This document shows positions 1 to 8,803 of a DNA stretch of 44,053 nt, in pieces; within the stretch, counting starts at the first letter, position 1, and each line of letters begins with the position of its first letter. The stretch covers positions 11,545 to 55,597 of the forward strand of contig JAHFBW010000001.1 of the NCBI GenBank assembly GCA_023249845.1. Direction: 5' to 3'. The notes beneath the pieces are model-generated. The model saw nothing but the letters and a program-made list of their open reading frames with translations, did not search any database and was not told the origin of the DNA. The position numbers were made by a program, and so were the translations under genes. This DNA is from Candidatus Eiseniibacteriota bacterium (GTDB taxonomy: Bacteria > Eisenbacteria > RBG-16-71-46).

Positions 1-2
1 CG

Positions 3-1535
3 GACGGGCGCTCGATCGCGTTCACCATGCTCGACACGCTGCCGAAGCGAGTGAAGGAGTGGCGGAAGAAGAAGTGGGACCAGGTCGTGGAGGACGAGAT
101 CCCGCAGTACAACCACCTGTGGGTGATCGACGTCGCGTCTGGGAAGCAACGCCGGCTCACGTCGGGCACGTTCATGGTCGCCGACCCTCGCTGGTCGCCG
201 GACTCTCGCAGCATCGCGTTCGTATGGAACCCGACCGGCCGTCCGGATGACGGCAACCTCACTGACATCGCGATCGTGTCCGCTCAGGGCGCGAGTCCCG
301 CCGCGCCGCGCAAACTCGACACCATGCTGTCAGGCTCGGTCGCGTGGTCGCCCGACGGACGATGGCTCGCGTGGGCCGGCGGGAACGATCGCAGGAGCTT
401 CATCCAGAAGACGGACCTGTGGGCGGCTCCCGCGGCCGGCGGAGCGTCGGTCAAGCTGACCGCGACGTTCGACGAGGATGCGGATGCGCCGATGTGGAAT
501 GCCACGTCCGACACGCTGTTCTTCTGGAGCTCGCAGGGCGCCACGAAGCGTGTGGCGTCGGTGCCGCGCGTGGGTGGCGCCGTGTCGCTGGGGCTGGACC
601 TGGCCGGCGAGACCGCGGGTGCGGCGGTGCGAGGGCCGGGGAGCCGGGTGGCGTACGTGGCCTCGGGATGGAATCGCCCGCCCGAGGTGCACATCGCCGA
701 TCACATCAACGCGCCTTCGCGCGCGGTGTCGCGAATGCACGCGGACGCGGCCGGTTGCGCGTTCGGCGCGCAGCGCACGGTGCGCTGGAGCAGTGATGAC
801 GGCGTGCAGGTGGAAGGCGTGCTCGTGCGTCCGCCGGGGGCTCCCGAGCGCGCGGCGCTTAAGACGCTCGTGCTGCTGCACGGCGGCCCGTACAGCTCCC
901 GCTACACGATGGGTTTCCAGGTCATGGCGCAGTACATGGCCGGCCGGGGCTACCAGGTGTTCATGCCGAACTTCCGCTCGAGCGGCGGCTACGGCGCCGC
1001 GTTCATGCTGCGGAAACGCGCCGACTGGGGCGGCCAGGATTGGCGCGACGTCGAGACCGGCGTGGACAGCCTCGTGCGCTGGGGGATCGCGGACGGGAAT
1101 CGCCTGGGTGTGCTCGGCCACAGCTACGGCGGCTACCTCTCGGCCTGGGCCATCACGCACACGCTGCGCTACGACGCCGCGGTGATCTCGGCCGGCGCCA
1201 GCGATCTCGCCGCACACTGGGGACAGAGCGACATCCATCTCTACCGCGCGTACGACTTCGAGGGCCTGCCATGGGAGTCGTTCGAAAAGTGGCGCCGAAG
1301 CTCGCCGGTCGCGACCATGGGGCGCGCGAGGACGCCGACGCTCGTACTGAACGGCGAGGCTGACGTGCGCGTGCCGAACCCGCAGGCACAGGTCACGTAC
1401 CAGTCGCTGAAGGCGCTCGGCGTCCCCACCGAGTACGTCCACTACCCGCGCGAGGGGCACACCCTGCGCGAGCCGCGGCACCGGGCCGACTGGTTCACGC
1501 GCCAGGCCGACTGGTTCGACCGCTGGGTGAAGTGA
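3..1535 (+). CDS. S9 family (prolyl oligopeptidase / acylaminoacyl peptidase-like) serine peptidase, 5'-truncated by the window edge
   Basis: Frame is open from position 3 (DGRSIAFT...). WSPD beta-propeller repeats, LHGGP, nucleophile GHSYGG, catalytic Asp (D-V-R-V) and His (EGH). Confidence 0.93.
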   Translation, partial: DGRSIAFTMLDTLPKRVKEWRKKKWDQVVEDEIPQYNHLWVIDVASGKQRRLTSGTFMVADPRWSPDSRSIAFVWNPTGRPDDGNLTDIAIVSAQGASPAAPRKLDTMLSGSVAWSPDGRWLAWAGGNDRRSFIQKTDLWAAPAAGGASVKLTATFDEDADAPMWNATSDTLFFWSSQGATKRVASVPRVGGAVSLGLDLAGETAGAAVRGPGSRVAYVASGWNRPPEVHIADHINAPSRAVSRMHADAAGCAFGAQRTVRWSSDDGVQVEGVLVRPPGAPERAALKTLVLLHGGPYSSRYTMGFQVMAQYMAGRGYQVFMPNFRSSGGYGAAFMLRKRADWGGQDWRDVETGVDSLVRWGIADGNRLGVLGHSYGGYLSAWAITHTLRYDAAVISAGASDLAAHWGQSDIHLYRAYDFEGLPWESFEKWRRSSPVATMGRARTPTLVLNGEADVRVPNPQAQVTYQSLKALGVPTEYVHYPREGHTLREPRHRADWFTRQADWFDRWVK

Positions 1536-1774
1536 GCGACATGGCCCGGCGCTGGATCGTCCCACTCGTCCTGTTCCTGCTGGCGCTGGCGTTCGCGCTG
1601 TGCGTGTGGCCGACGCGCTGGCGCTACGACCACATGACGGTGGACGGCGACATCGTGCCCGTGCGCATGGACCGCCTGACCGGCCGCGCCGACATGCTGC
1701 TTCCGGATCATGGTTGGGTGCCCGTGGAGGCACCTCCCGACAGCCTCGGCGACGCGACGCCGGCGAGCCTCTGA
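1532..1774 (+). CDS. Small single-TM hypothetical protein (80 aa)
   Basis: GTGA overlap with the peptidase stop. Hydrophobic N-terminal helix (WIVPLVLFLLALAFALCVW). GC-rich third codon positions. Confidence 0.7.
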   Translation: MSDMARRWIVPLVLFLLALAFALCVWPTRWRYDHMTVDGDIVPVRMDRLTGRADMLLPDHGWVPVEAPPDSLGDATPASL

Positions 1775-1777
1775 TCG

Positions 1778-3463
1778 GTGTCGCCCGTTTCCGTGGCGCG
1801 GGATCTGGCGCGTCTCGAAGCGCTGCGCTGGACGTTCGGCGCCGCAGCGGCGCGCGAACGGCGAGCCCTGTTTCGTCGCATGCTGCGCGCGCGGCTCGGC
1901 GCCAGACCGATCGAGAGACTACACGAGCTGCTGCTCGCGGCCCGCGCCTACCCCGATCACCGCGCGACGCTGACGCTCGTCCAGGGAGCGCTCGCCGCGT
2001 TCGGGCGCCGGCCAGACGTCCGCCGCCATCGCGCAGCACTCGCGGATTCGGGGATCAGCGGCTGCGACATCCGTTTCGGGTTCTTCGCGCCCACGGCACG
2101 ACAACTCGCACGGCGCTGGCCGAAGCAGCTCGAGCTGGACGTCGCGGCACTGGAGGACCCTGACGCGCTCGAAGCGTGGCTACCGCTGCTCGCGCATGAC
2201 GCAGAGGTGCCGGGTCTGGACGAGTACGACTACGGGCTCAAGCGCTGGCTCGAACAGCTCAAGGCGCCGGGGGAAGCCACCGGTGCGTTCGTGGCGAGGG
2301 CGTTGTCCGAACGACTCCCGGACGACGCCGTGTTCGAGCGCGTCCACGACGGGTTGGGACTCGAGTACGTGTTGCGTGGAACGGCCGCGACGCCGGCGCG
2401 CACGTGTTCGACCTGGCCGGTGCGAAGCGTGCGGTTCCAGTCCACACCGTTCGCGGGCCGCCCCGATCTCGCGCTCGTCGTGGACGTGCCGCCGCGTTCC
2501 ATCCGCGCACTCTCGCTGCGCGAGGGTGAACGTGCGCTCGCGCTCGCCATGGAGGCCATGGCCACGCGTAGTCGTGATCTGGACGTGTTCGCCTGGGGCG
2601 ACGCGCGCGACGTGCGCCGCGTGGACTGCGGTGACAGCCTCGAGTTCCTCATGATCGGCGCCAAGCCCGAGCGCCGGCTCCTGCTCGAAAGCGTGTACGG
2701 GTTTCTTTCGCTCAAGAACGGAGTGCCCATCGGTTACGTCCTGACCAGCGCGCTCTACCGCTCTGCGGAGCTCGCGTTCAACGTGTTCGACACCTATCGC
2801 GGCGCCGAGGCCGGTCCGGTCTACGGCAAGGTGCTCGGCATGACGCGCGCGCTGTTCGGCACGAACGCGTTCACCATATTCCCGTACCAGTTGGGCGACG
2901 GGAACGACGAGGCCATCGAGTCGGGCGCGTGGTGGTTCTACCAGAAGCTGGGCTTCCGCCCGCGCGCGGCGGGCGCCCGTTTGATCATGCGGCGCGAGCT
3001 CTCGCGCATGGCGCGCGAACCATCGTATCGCTCGTCCGCTGGCGTTCTGCGGCGCCTCGCGCGCTCGAACCTCTATTGGCATCGCGGCCCGTCACGCCGC
3101 GACGTCATCGGGGAGCTGCCGCTCCCCTCGGCTGGGCTCGCGGTGACCCGTCTCATCACCACGCGCTTCGGGGGCGATCGTGCGCGCGCAGCGGAGACGT
3201 GTGAACGCACGGCGGCCGAGCGATTGCGCTTGCGCTCGCTCGCCGGCTGGAGCGAGTCCGAGCGGCACGCGTGGTCGCGCTGGGCCTCACTCGTGACGCT
3301 GCTGCCGGGGGTTTCGCGCTGGACACCGCGCGAGAAGGCGGCGCTCGTGAGCGTGATCCGCGCGAAGGGTGGCCGCCGCGAGGACAAGTTCGTCCACGCG
3401 TTCGACGCCCATCCGCGGCTCGGGCCCGCGCTCGCCTCGCTACTGCGCGCGACACGCGCCTGA
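1778..3463 (+). CDS. Hypothetical protein (561 aa) with a possible C-terminal GNAT-like segment
   Basis: Starts 3 nt after the previous stop. Protein-like composition. GNDEAIESGAWWFYQKLGFRP resembles GNAT motif B. Confidence 0.75.
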   Translation: MSPVSVARDLARLEALRWTFGAAAARERRALFRRMLRARLGARPIERLHELLLAARAYPDHRATLTLVQGALAAFGRRPDVRRHRAALADSGISGCDIRFGFFAPTARQLARRWPKQLELDVAALEDPDALEAWLPLLAHDAEVPGLDEYDYGLKRWLEQLKAPGEATGAFVARALSERLPDDAVFERVHDGLGLEYVLRGTAATPARTCSTWPVRSVRFQSTPFAGRPDLALVVDVPPRSIRALSLREGERALALAMEAMATRSRDLDVFAWGDARDVRRVDCGDSLEFLMIGAKPERRLLLESVYGFLSLKNGVPIGYVLTSALYRSAELAFNVFDTYRGAEAGPVYGKVLGMTRALFGTNAFTIFPYQLGDGNDEAIESGAWWFYQKLGFRPRAAGARLIMRRELSRMAREPSYRSSAGVLRRLARSNLYWHRGPSRRDVIGELPLPSAGLAVTRLITTRFGGDRARAAETCERTAAERLRLRSLAGWSESERHAWSRWASLVTLLPGVSRWTPREKAALVSVIRAKGGRREDKFVHAFDAHPRLGPALASLLRATRA

Positions 3464-3481
3464 GCCCTGCACTCTCACGAG

Positions 3482-3927
3482 TTACGTGACCCCCTCAGAT
3501 CGGTCCAGACCCTATGGGGTCATCTGGGCCGGGTACTCGAGGAAAGGGGCGCGGAGATGGCTCGCAAGCGACACACGGCCGAGGAGATCATCGGCAAGCC
3601 GCGCGCGGCCGAGGTCGAACTGGCGAAGGGCCAGAGCGCGCAGCAGGCCTGCCGTAAGATCGGGGTGACGACGCTGTACATCGAGCCGGGCAGCCCATGG
3701 GAGAACGGGTACGTCGAGTCGTTCAACCTCAAGCTGCGGGACGAACTGCTCAACCGCGAGATCTTCTATACGCTGCGGGAGGCGCAGGTGCTGATCGAGG
3801 CGTGGCGGGGGGAGTACAATCAGCGACGACCGCACAGCGCCCTCGGCTACAGGCCGCCGGCGCCCGAGGCGGTCCAGGTCGCGGTGGCTCTAACTCAGTA
3901 AGTGGTACGACCATCGGGGGCACGTCA
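3482..3927 (+). mobile_element. Internally deleted IS3-family (IS407-group-like) element, 446 bp, both ends retained
   Basis: Left end TTACGTGACCCCCTCAGATCGGTCCA. Right end reverse complement TGACGTGCCCCCGATGGTCGTACCA, ending ...CACGTCA at 3927. Contains an OrfA N-terminus and an OrfB C-terminus. No target-site duplication seen. Confidence 0.88.
3557..3901 (+). pseudogene. IS3-family transposase remnant: OrfA HTH start fused in frame to the OrfB integrase C-terminus
   Basis: MARKRHTAEEIIGK...ACRKIGVT is joined directly to TLYIEPGSPWENGYVESFNLKLRDELLN...YNQRRPHSALGY. Most of the DDE core is missing. Confidence 0.9.
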
Positions 3928-4682
3928 GTGCGTTCCGGCACGTTGCCCGGGCCCCGGGTGACGATGTCGAGCACGACGCCGAGCCGAGGGGCCCTAGAGC
4001 GCGGTGGCGGCAACCTTGGTTAGCTCGGCCCGCTGCCCCGCTGTCCCGATGCAGCCAGAATCTAACCTCGGGGTGATAATCGCCCAGGGCGAAGATCGCC
4101 CACGATGATGGCCGGTCCGGGGGCGGGATTCGCTCAGTCTCTCGGCCCGTAACTCAGGTCGTCGGTGGCGGCTTGAGCCCCTGCCGAAAGCGCCCCTGAC
4201 TTCCGCTGTCCGCGAAGTGACCAGGCAAGGCCTTTCGCCCGCGCAACAGGCGTGCCCAACAGACCCCCTCTGGGCACGGGCGCTCGGCGCCGCAAGCCGA
4301 GGAGGGCTAGGGGGAGTGTGGGTGGGGAGCTCGTCGAGGCTGGCCGTGAGAATTCGCTGCGCCAAAGGCTTCCAGGTGCTACGGTCTTCGAGCGGCTCGA
4401 GGCTTCCTCAGTGACAGCCTCGCGACGCTCGTCGAGGATCGGAGAGGGACCTACACCCGTCGGAGCGCAAACGCATCCTCCCCGCGCCGCATTGGAAAGT
4501 GCCCCCCGACCTTGCCGCGGGCACGCCGGGGCGGTCACGTCCAATCGGCTCCTGGTCGGGCGCCCGACTGCCGGCCGATCGATTCCCGCTGGCGCGGCCC
4601 GAGCCCCGCCGGCATCACCGACACAATCCGGAACGCGGACGTGGCGTCAAACTTCGTGCGCAGACATCAGAGGGAGGCACCG

Positions 4683-5423
4683 ATGAAAGCGTTGGCATCC
4701 GCAGCAATATTCGCGGCTGGCTTAGTGGCCGCGCTGGCCGGGGTCGCCCAGGCGGCCTCGATCGCGTACGACGGCATTCAGTACCCACCCGGCGCGCTCG
4801 CCCTGAACGGCCCGGCGTTCGGATTCTCGGGGCCGTGGGCGGCCGATCCCGGCATCGCCGTGGTGCCGGCAGGACTGGCCAGCCTGCTGGCCCTGCCGTC
4901 CGCGGGCGGCGCCGTCGCGGGGGGCTTTAACTTTCAAGCTCCCTTGTCGAGCACGCTCGCCCCGTCGCCCGGCAAGGAGTTCTGGGCATCGTTTCTGATA
5001 TTTCATGGAGCACCAAACGACGAGACGTTCATGGGTCTGTCGCCAGCCGGAGCGCCGTTCGGGGCTCCACCATCGGTGGGGTTCGGCGTACGCCTGGGAC
5101 AGTACGGGATTTTCGACGGGGGAGCGTTCACCCCCGCGCCGAAGCTGTACACGCCCAGCGGGTCGACGGACTTCCTGGTCACGCATTTCGCCGCTGGCGG
5201 CGCGACCTGGAACGTCCAACTCTACGTGAACCCGTCATCGTTCGCAGTGCCTGATCTGGTCATGAATGTGGCGCCGGTGACGTATGGAACAGTGGTGAAC
5301 CTGAATGAGACGGGATTCAAATCCGATGAGTTCCGCCTCGGCGACACGGCGAGCGACGTGGCCGCGGGCGCGACCCCCACGCACTGGACATCGTGGGGCC
5401 GAATCAAGACCATCTATCGGTGA
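4683..5423 (+). CDS. Secreted beta-rich hypothetical protein (246 aa) with a C-terminal TSWGRIKTIYR motif
   Basis: RBS GGGAGG at 4672-4677, ATG at 4683. Sec signal ending AQA|A. Ends DEFRLG...ATPTHWTSWGRIKTIYR. Confidence 0.85.
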   Translation: MKALASAAIFAAGLVAALAGVAQAASIAYDGIQYPPGALALNGPAFGFSGPWAADPGIAVVPAGLASLLALPSAGGAVAGGFNFQAPLSSTLAPSPGKEFWASFLIFHGAPNDETFMGLSPAGAPFGAPPSVGFGVRLGQYGIFDGGAFTPAPKLYTPSGSTDFLVTHFAAGGATWNVQLYVNPSSFAVPDLVMNVAPVTYGTVVNLNETGFKSDEFRLGDTASDVAAGATPTHWTSWGRIKTIYR

Positions 5424-5471
5424 CGTTTCGTATCCACGGCGCCTAACTGCGACCACCTCGCTCTGTGGGGT

Positions 5472-5678
5472 TGACGTGACCCCCTCAGATCGGTCCAGAC
5501 CCTATGGGGTCATCTGGGCCGGGTACTCGAGGAAAGGGGCACGGAGATGGCTCGCAGGCGACACACGGCCGAGGAGATCATCGGCAAGCCGCGCGCGGCC
5601 GAGGACGAACTGGCGAAGGGCCAGAACGCACAGCAGGCCTGTCGCAGGATCGGGGTGACGGAACAGACCTACTACCGC
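5472..5678 (+). mobile_element. Truncated second copy of the same IS3-family element (left IR plus OrfA 5' part)
   Basis: Begins TGACGTGACCCCCTCAGATCGG. 5472-5660 matches 3482-3670 with 9 mismatches in 189 bp (hand count). OrfA similarity ends after GVTEQTYYR. Confidence 0.88.
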
Positions 5679-5883
5679 GGCCCGCGGCAGGACTCGGGGG
5701 AAGTCGGCGTCTTCGACCGTAGCACCGCCTCGCGACGAAGCCGTGTGAATTCACCCAAGACGCGCGGCGAAGGTTCGTCACGCGCGGCGCGGGAAGGCGC
5801 GGAAAGCGAGGTGGGAGGCACTGCCAGCCAGGCCGCCGACCGGGGGGCTTCAGTGGCCCGGAGCTCTCGCCGAAAACGAAGAC

Positions 5884-6570
5884 ATGGCCCCGCCTCGCGA
5901 CGAGCAGCCCCACTGGATGGAGCGCGCACGCCAGGACGCCTTGGTGCGATCCCGCGTCGGCGTCCCCGCGGATCCCGTCGAACGGTGGAGTGGCTGGGGT
6001 CTGCTCGTCTGTGCCGTCATCGCCATCGGCTACGGTCTCGGCACGCTCTATGGGTCGGGCACGCGCGCGCTCACGCTCGACGTCACGCGCGAGCTCGAGG
6101 GCGCGCGCGGTTCCTCCACGGACGCGCGGCTCGGTCCGTTCCATCTGGAACCGGGCATGAACCCGCTGCGCTTCATCTTGAACGCCTCGCACGCTCCGCT
6201 CGGTTCCTCGCGGCGTCGCTACGAACTGGCGCTCGAGGACGACTCGGGCAGGGCCCTGTGGAACGCAAAGGGGTCTCTCGGCAGCCGCGACGACGAGGCT
6301 TCCATCGTCCTCACTCGAACGAGCCTCGCCACGTTCGACGTGCCGAAGGCGGGTGGGTACTACGTCCGGGTGCGCGGCTCGGGCGCGAGCATGGATGACC
6401 TGCGCGCGGCGACGCTCGAGTTGCGGCGGGGTGTCACGCGCGTGGACGCGCGCATCCCGTGGACATTCGGTGTGGCCGCGTTCCTGTGCCTGCTCGCGAG
6501 ACTGTTCGCCACGAACCGACGGCCGCGCGACGGCTCGGGCGAGGCCCCCGGCACGCGACTCGCCGCCTGA
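5884..6570 (+). CDS. Hypothetical membrane protein (2 TM helices flanking a beta-rich domain)
   Basis: Hydrophobic segments WGLLVCAVIAIGYGLG and IPWTFGVAAFLCLLARLF. Plausible codon usage. Confidence 0.72.
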   Translation: MAPPRDEQPHWMERARQDALVRSRVGVPADPVERWSGWGLLVCAVIAIGYGLGTLYGSGTRALTLDVTRELEGARGSSTDARLGPFHLEPGMNPLRFILNASHAPLGSSRRRYELALEDDSGRALWNAKGSLGSRDDEASIVLTRTSLATFDVPKAGGYYVRVRGSGASMDDLRAATLELRRGVTRVDARIPWTFGVAAFLCLLARLFATNRRPRDGSGEAPGTRLAA

Positions 6571-6591
6571 GTCTTTCGCCCGTTCGACGTG

Positions 6592-7512
6592 CTACAGGAT
6601 CGTCTTGCCCAGCGCGCTCTGCGCCAGTTCCGCAGCCAGGATCCCGGTCATGTTCTGACTGTCGAGCACGGGGTTCACCTCGACCAGGTCCAGTGCCACG
6701 ATGTTCGCGCGGTCGTTGAACATCTCCATCGCGAGATGCGCCTCGCGGTAGCTGATGCCGCCCCACACCGGCGTGCCCGTGCCGGGGGCGTCTTCGGGAT
6801 CCACCACGTCCAGGTCGAACGACAGGTGGATGCCCGCGGTGCCGTCGCTCGCGAGACGGATGGCCTCGTCCAAGACGTCGCGCATCCCGCGCTCGTCGAG
6901 GTCGCGCATGGTGTAGCAGGTCACGCCGCTCTTCTTGAGGAAATCGCGCTCGCCCGGATCCAAGTCGCGGATGCCGATGAGCACGGTATTCCGAGGTTGC
7001 ACCTTGGGCGCACGGCCGCCGAGATTGACGAGCTCGTGGTCCCCGAATCCCAGCGACACGGCCAGCGACATGCCGTGGATGTTCCCGCTCGGCGTGGTCT
7101 CGGGCGTGTTCGCGTCGCCATGCGCGTCGAACCAGATGAGCCCCAGGGATTCGCCTTTGCGCGCGTGGAAGTTCGTCGAGCCGGCCACCGAGCCGATGGC
7201 GATGCTGTGGTCGCCGCCCAGGACGAGCGGCATGCGCCCCTCGCCGAGACACTTGTCCACGCCCTTCATGAGGTCCCGGCACGCGGATAGGATGGGCTTC
7301 TTGTAGCGGAGCTTGCCGGTGCCCACCTTCTGCGTCTCCGGGATCATCACGTCCAGGTCCCCGTAGTCCTCGACCTTGTGCCCGAGGTCCTCCAGGCGCT
7401 TCTCCAGGTCGGCGATGCGGATGGCGGACGGGCCCATGTCGACCCCGCGGCGGCCCGCCCCGAGGTCGATGGGTACGCCGATCACGCCGATACTGCGCTT
7501 CTTCTTGGCCAT
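6592..7512 (-). CDS. rocF: Arginase
   Basis: GGDHS, DAHGD-x-NTP, SGNIHGM, SFDLDVVDP and EVNP motifs. N-terminal GAGRRGVDMGP is typical of bacterial arginases. ATG at 7512. Confidence 0.95.
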   Translation of the reverse strand: MAKKKRSIGVIGVPIDLGAGRRGVDMGPSAIRIADLEKRLEDLGHKVEDYGDLDVMIPETQKVGTGKLRYKKPILSACRDLMKGVDKCLGEGRMPLVLGGDHSIAIGSVAGSTNFHARKGESLGLIWFDAHGDANTPETTPSGNIHGMSLAVSLGFGDHELVNLGGRAPKVQPRNTVLIGIRDLDPGERDFLKKSGVTCYTMRDLDERGMRDVLDEAIRLASDGTAGIHLSFDLDVVDPEDAPGTGTPVWGGISYREAHLAMEMFNDRANIVALDLVEVNPVLDSQNMTGILAAELAQSALGKTIL

Positions 7513-7807
7513 GGCGGCCCAAGCTAACACCGCCCCACACGGGACACCACCGGCCGCGAATCATCGCGCGCGCAAATGCTTATCGCGCTCGGCCAGACCT
7601 GCTCGATCGCTCCGTCGCTCGAATTCGCACTGTTCCGCGCGCGCACGGCAGTGCTGATGACTCACGCGCTGGTACCAAAGAAGGACTGTTCAGCGACCCA
7701 CTCACGGCACCAGTCTTGCAGCTTGGCCCCGCTCACGCCGCAAGCGATCGCTCTTCAACTCGAATGGACCGAGACGTGGTCGGTTCCCCGACCCGTGAGG
7801 GTGCATT

Positions 7808-8803
7808 TTGGCCATTGATCCGCTCAGAATGCACGATGTCCCGAGCGAGGCTGGCGTCGCCACGGCGCGGGCGGCGGGCCCAAGCGTCGTCAGGCGAGCC
7901 GAGCCCGTGACGGGCCACGCCCCGGGCGGTGGCCTGCCGTTGATGGTCCTGCTCACGATCCCCAGCCTCGTCACCGCGTGGGGCCTCCCCTATTACGTGC
8001 TGTCGCTGGCGCAGCGCCTGCGCCACCCGCTCCACCCAGTGCTCAAGTCGTCCGGACCGCTCGGGCTCGCGTTCGGGGCGCTCGCGCTCACGATGTTCCT
8101 GTTCATGTGGGCCTACCCGTTCCGGAAGCAGGCGCGCTGGCTGGCGTGGACCGGCCCCGTCGGCCGCTGGCTCGACGTGCACATCGTCATGGGGCTGTCG
8201 CTGCCGGTGATCGCGGCCGTGCACGCCGGCTGGCGCTTCGAGGGACTCATCGGCCTCGGCATGCTCGCCATGGTCATCGTCTCGCTCTCGGGCATCATCG
8301 GCCGCTACCTCTACACGCACATCCCGCGCAATCGCGCCGGACTCGAGTTGTCGCTCGAGGAATCCGGCGCCGAGCGCCGCGTGCTGCTCACCGAGCTGGC
8401 GGTGGAGACCGGGCTCACACCGCAGGAGCTGGAGCGGTCACTCGGCCTGGACCTGCGCCCGCAGGCTGGCAGCGGCATCCACCGCACGTTCGCGCGGCTC
8501 CTCACGGATGACCTGGCGCGCTGGCGTACGCTGCGCCGGCTGCGCCGGGAATGGTCGCGCAGCCCACGAGCACAGACGCTCCAAGATGGCGCGCGGCTCG
8601 GTCGCGCGCTGCGTCTCGCGCGCCGGGAGCTCGCGCTCAGCCAGCAGGTGCGGCTGCTCGACGCCACCCGAAAGGTGTTCGGCTGGTGGCATGTCGCGCA
8701 TCGACCGTTCGCGATGACGGCGCTCCTCGCTGTCGTCATCCACGTCGTCGTGGCGGTGTGGGTCGGCGGCGTGCGATTCACGCTTCCGGGGCCCCCGCGA
8801 TGA
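7808..8803 (+). CDS. Inner-membrane cytochrome-b / ferric-reductase-like protein
   Basis: About 5-6 TM helices with paired His in helices (WLDVHIVMG...AVHAG; WHVAHRPF...VIHV). GAGGG RBS precedes TTG 7808; an alternative ATG is at 7829. Confidence 0.7.
   Translation: MAIDPLRMHDVPSEAGVATARAAGPSVVRRAEPVTGHAPGGGLPLMVLLTIPSLVTAWGLPYYVLSLAQRLRHPLHPVLKSSGPLGLAFGALALTMFLFMWAYPFRKQARWLAWTGPVGRWLDVHIVMGLSLPVIAAVHAGWRFEGLIGLGMLAMVIVSLSGIIGRYLYTHIPRNRAGLELSLEESGAERRVLLTELAVETGLTPQELERSLGLDLRPQAGSGIHRTFARLLTDDLARWRTLRRLRREWSRSPRAQTLQDGARLGRALRLARRELALSQQVRLLDATRKVFGWWHVAHRPFAMTALLAVVIHVVVAVWVGGVRFTLPGPPR

Noticed and set aside
330-2039. Long antisense ORFs (also 10304-12085, 15660-17078, 29739-31469, 33948-35609, 40172-41746)
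   Set aside because: Arg/Ala/Gly-rich, motif-free and opposite well-supported genes, as expected for shadow frames in high-GC DNA.
3482-5678. Active composite transposon carrying the secreted gene
   Set aside because: Neither IS copy encodes an intact transposase, the second lacks its right end, and no target-site duplication is visible.
5547-6398. 283-aa ORF as a real transposase or fusion gene
   Set aside because: Only the first ~44 codons are IS OrfA. The rest is Arg-rich read-through overlapping the better ORF 5884-6570.
7513-7807. ATGAC-N4-GTCAT box upstream of the cytochrome operon
   Set aside because: Only a half-site (ATGAC near 7657) without the matching arm, so co-regulation with nirK is not supported.
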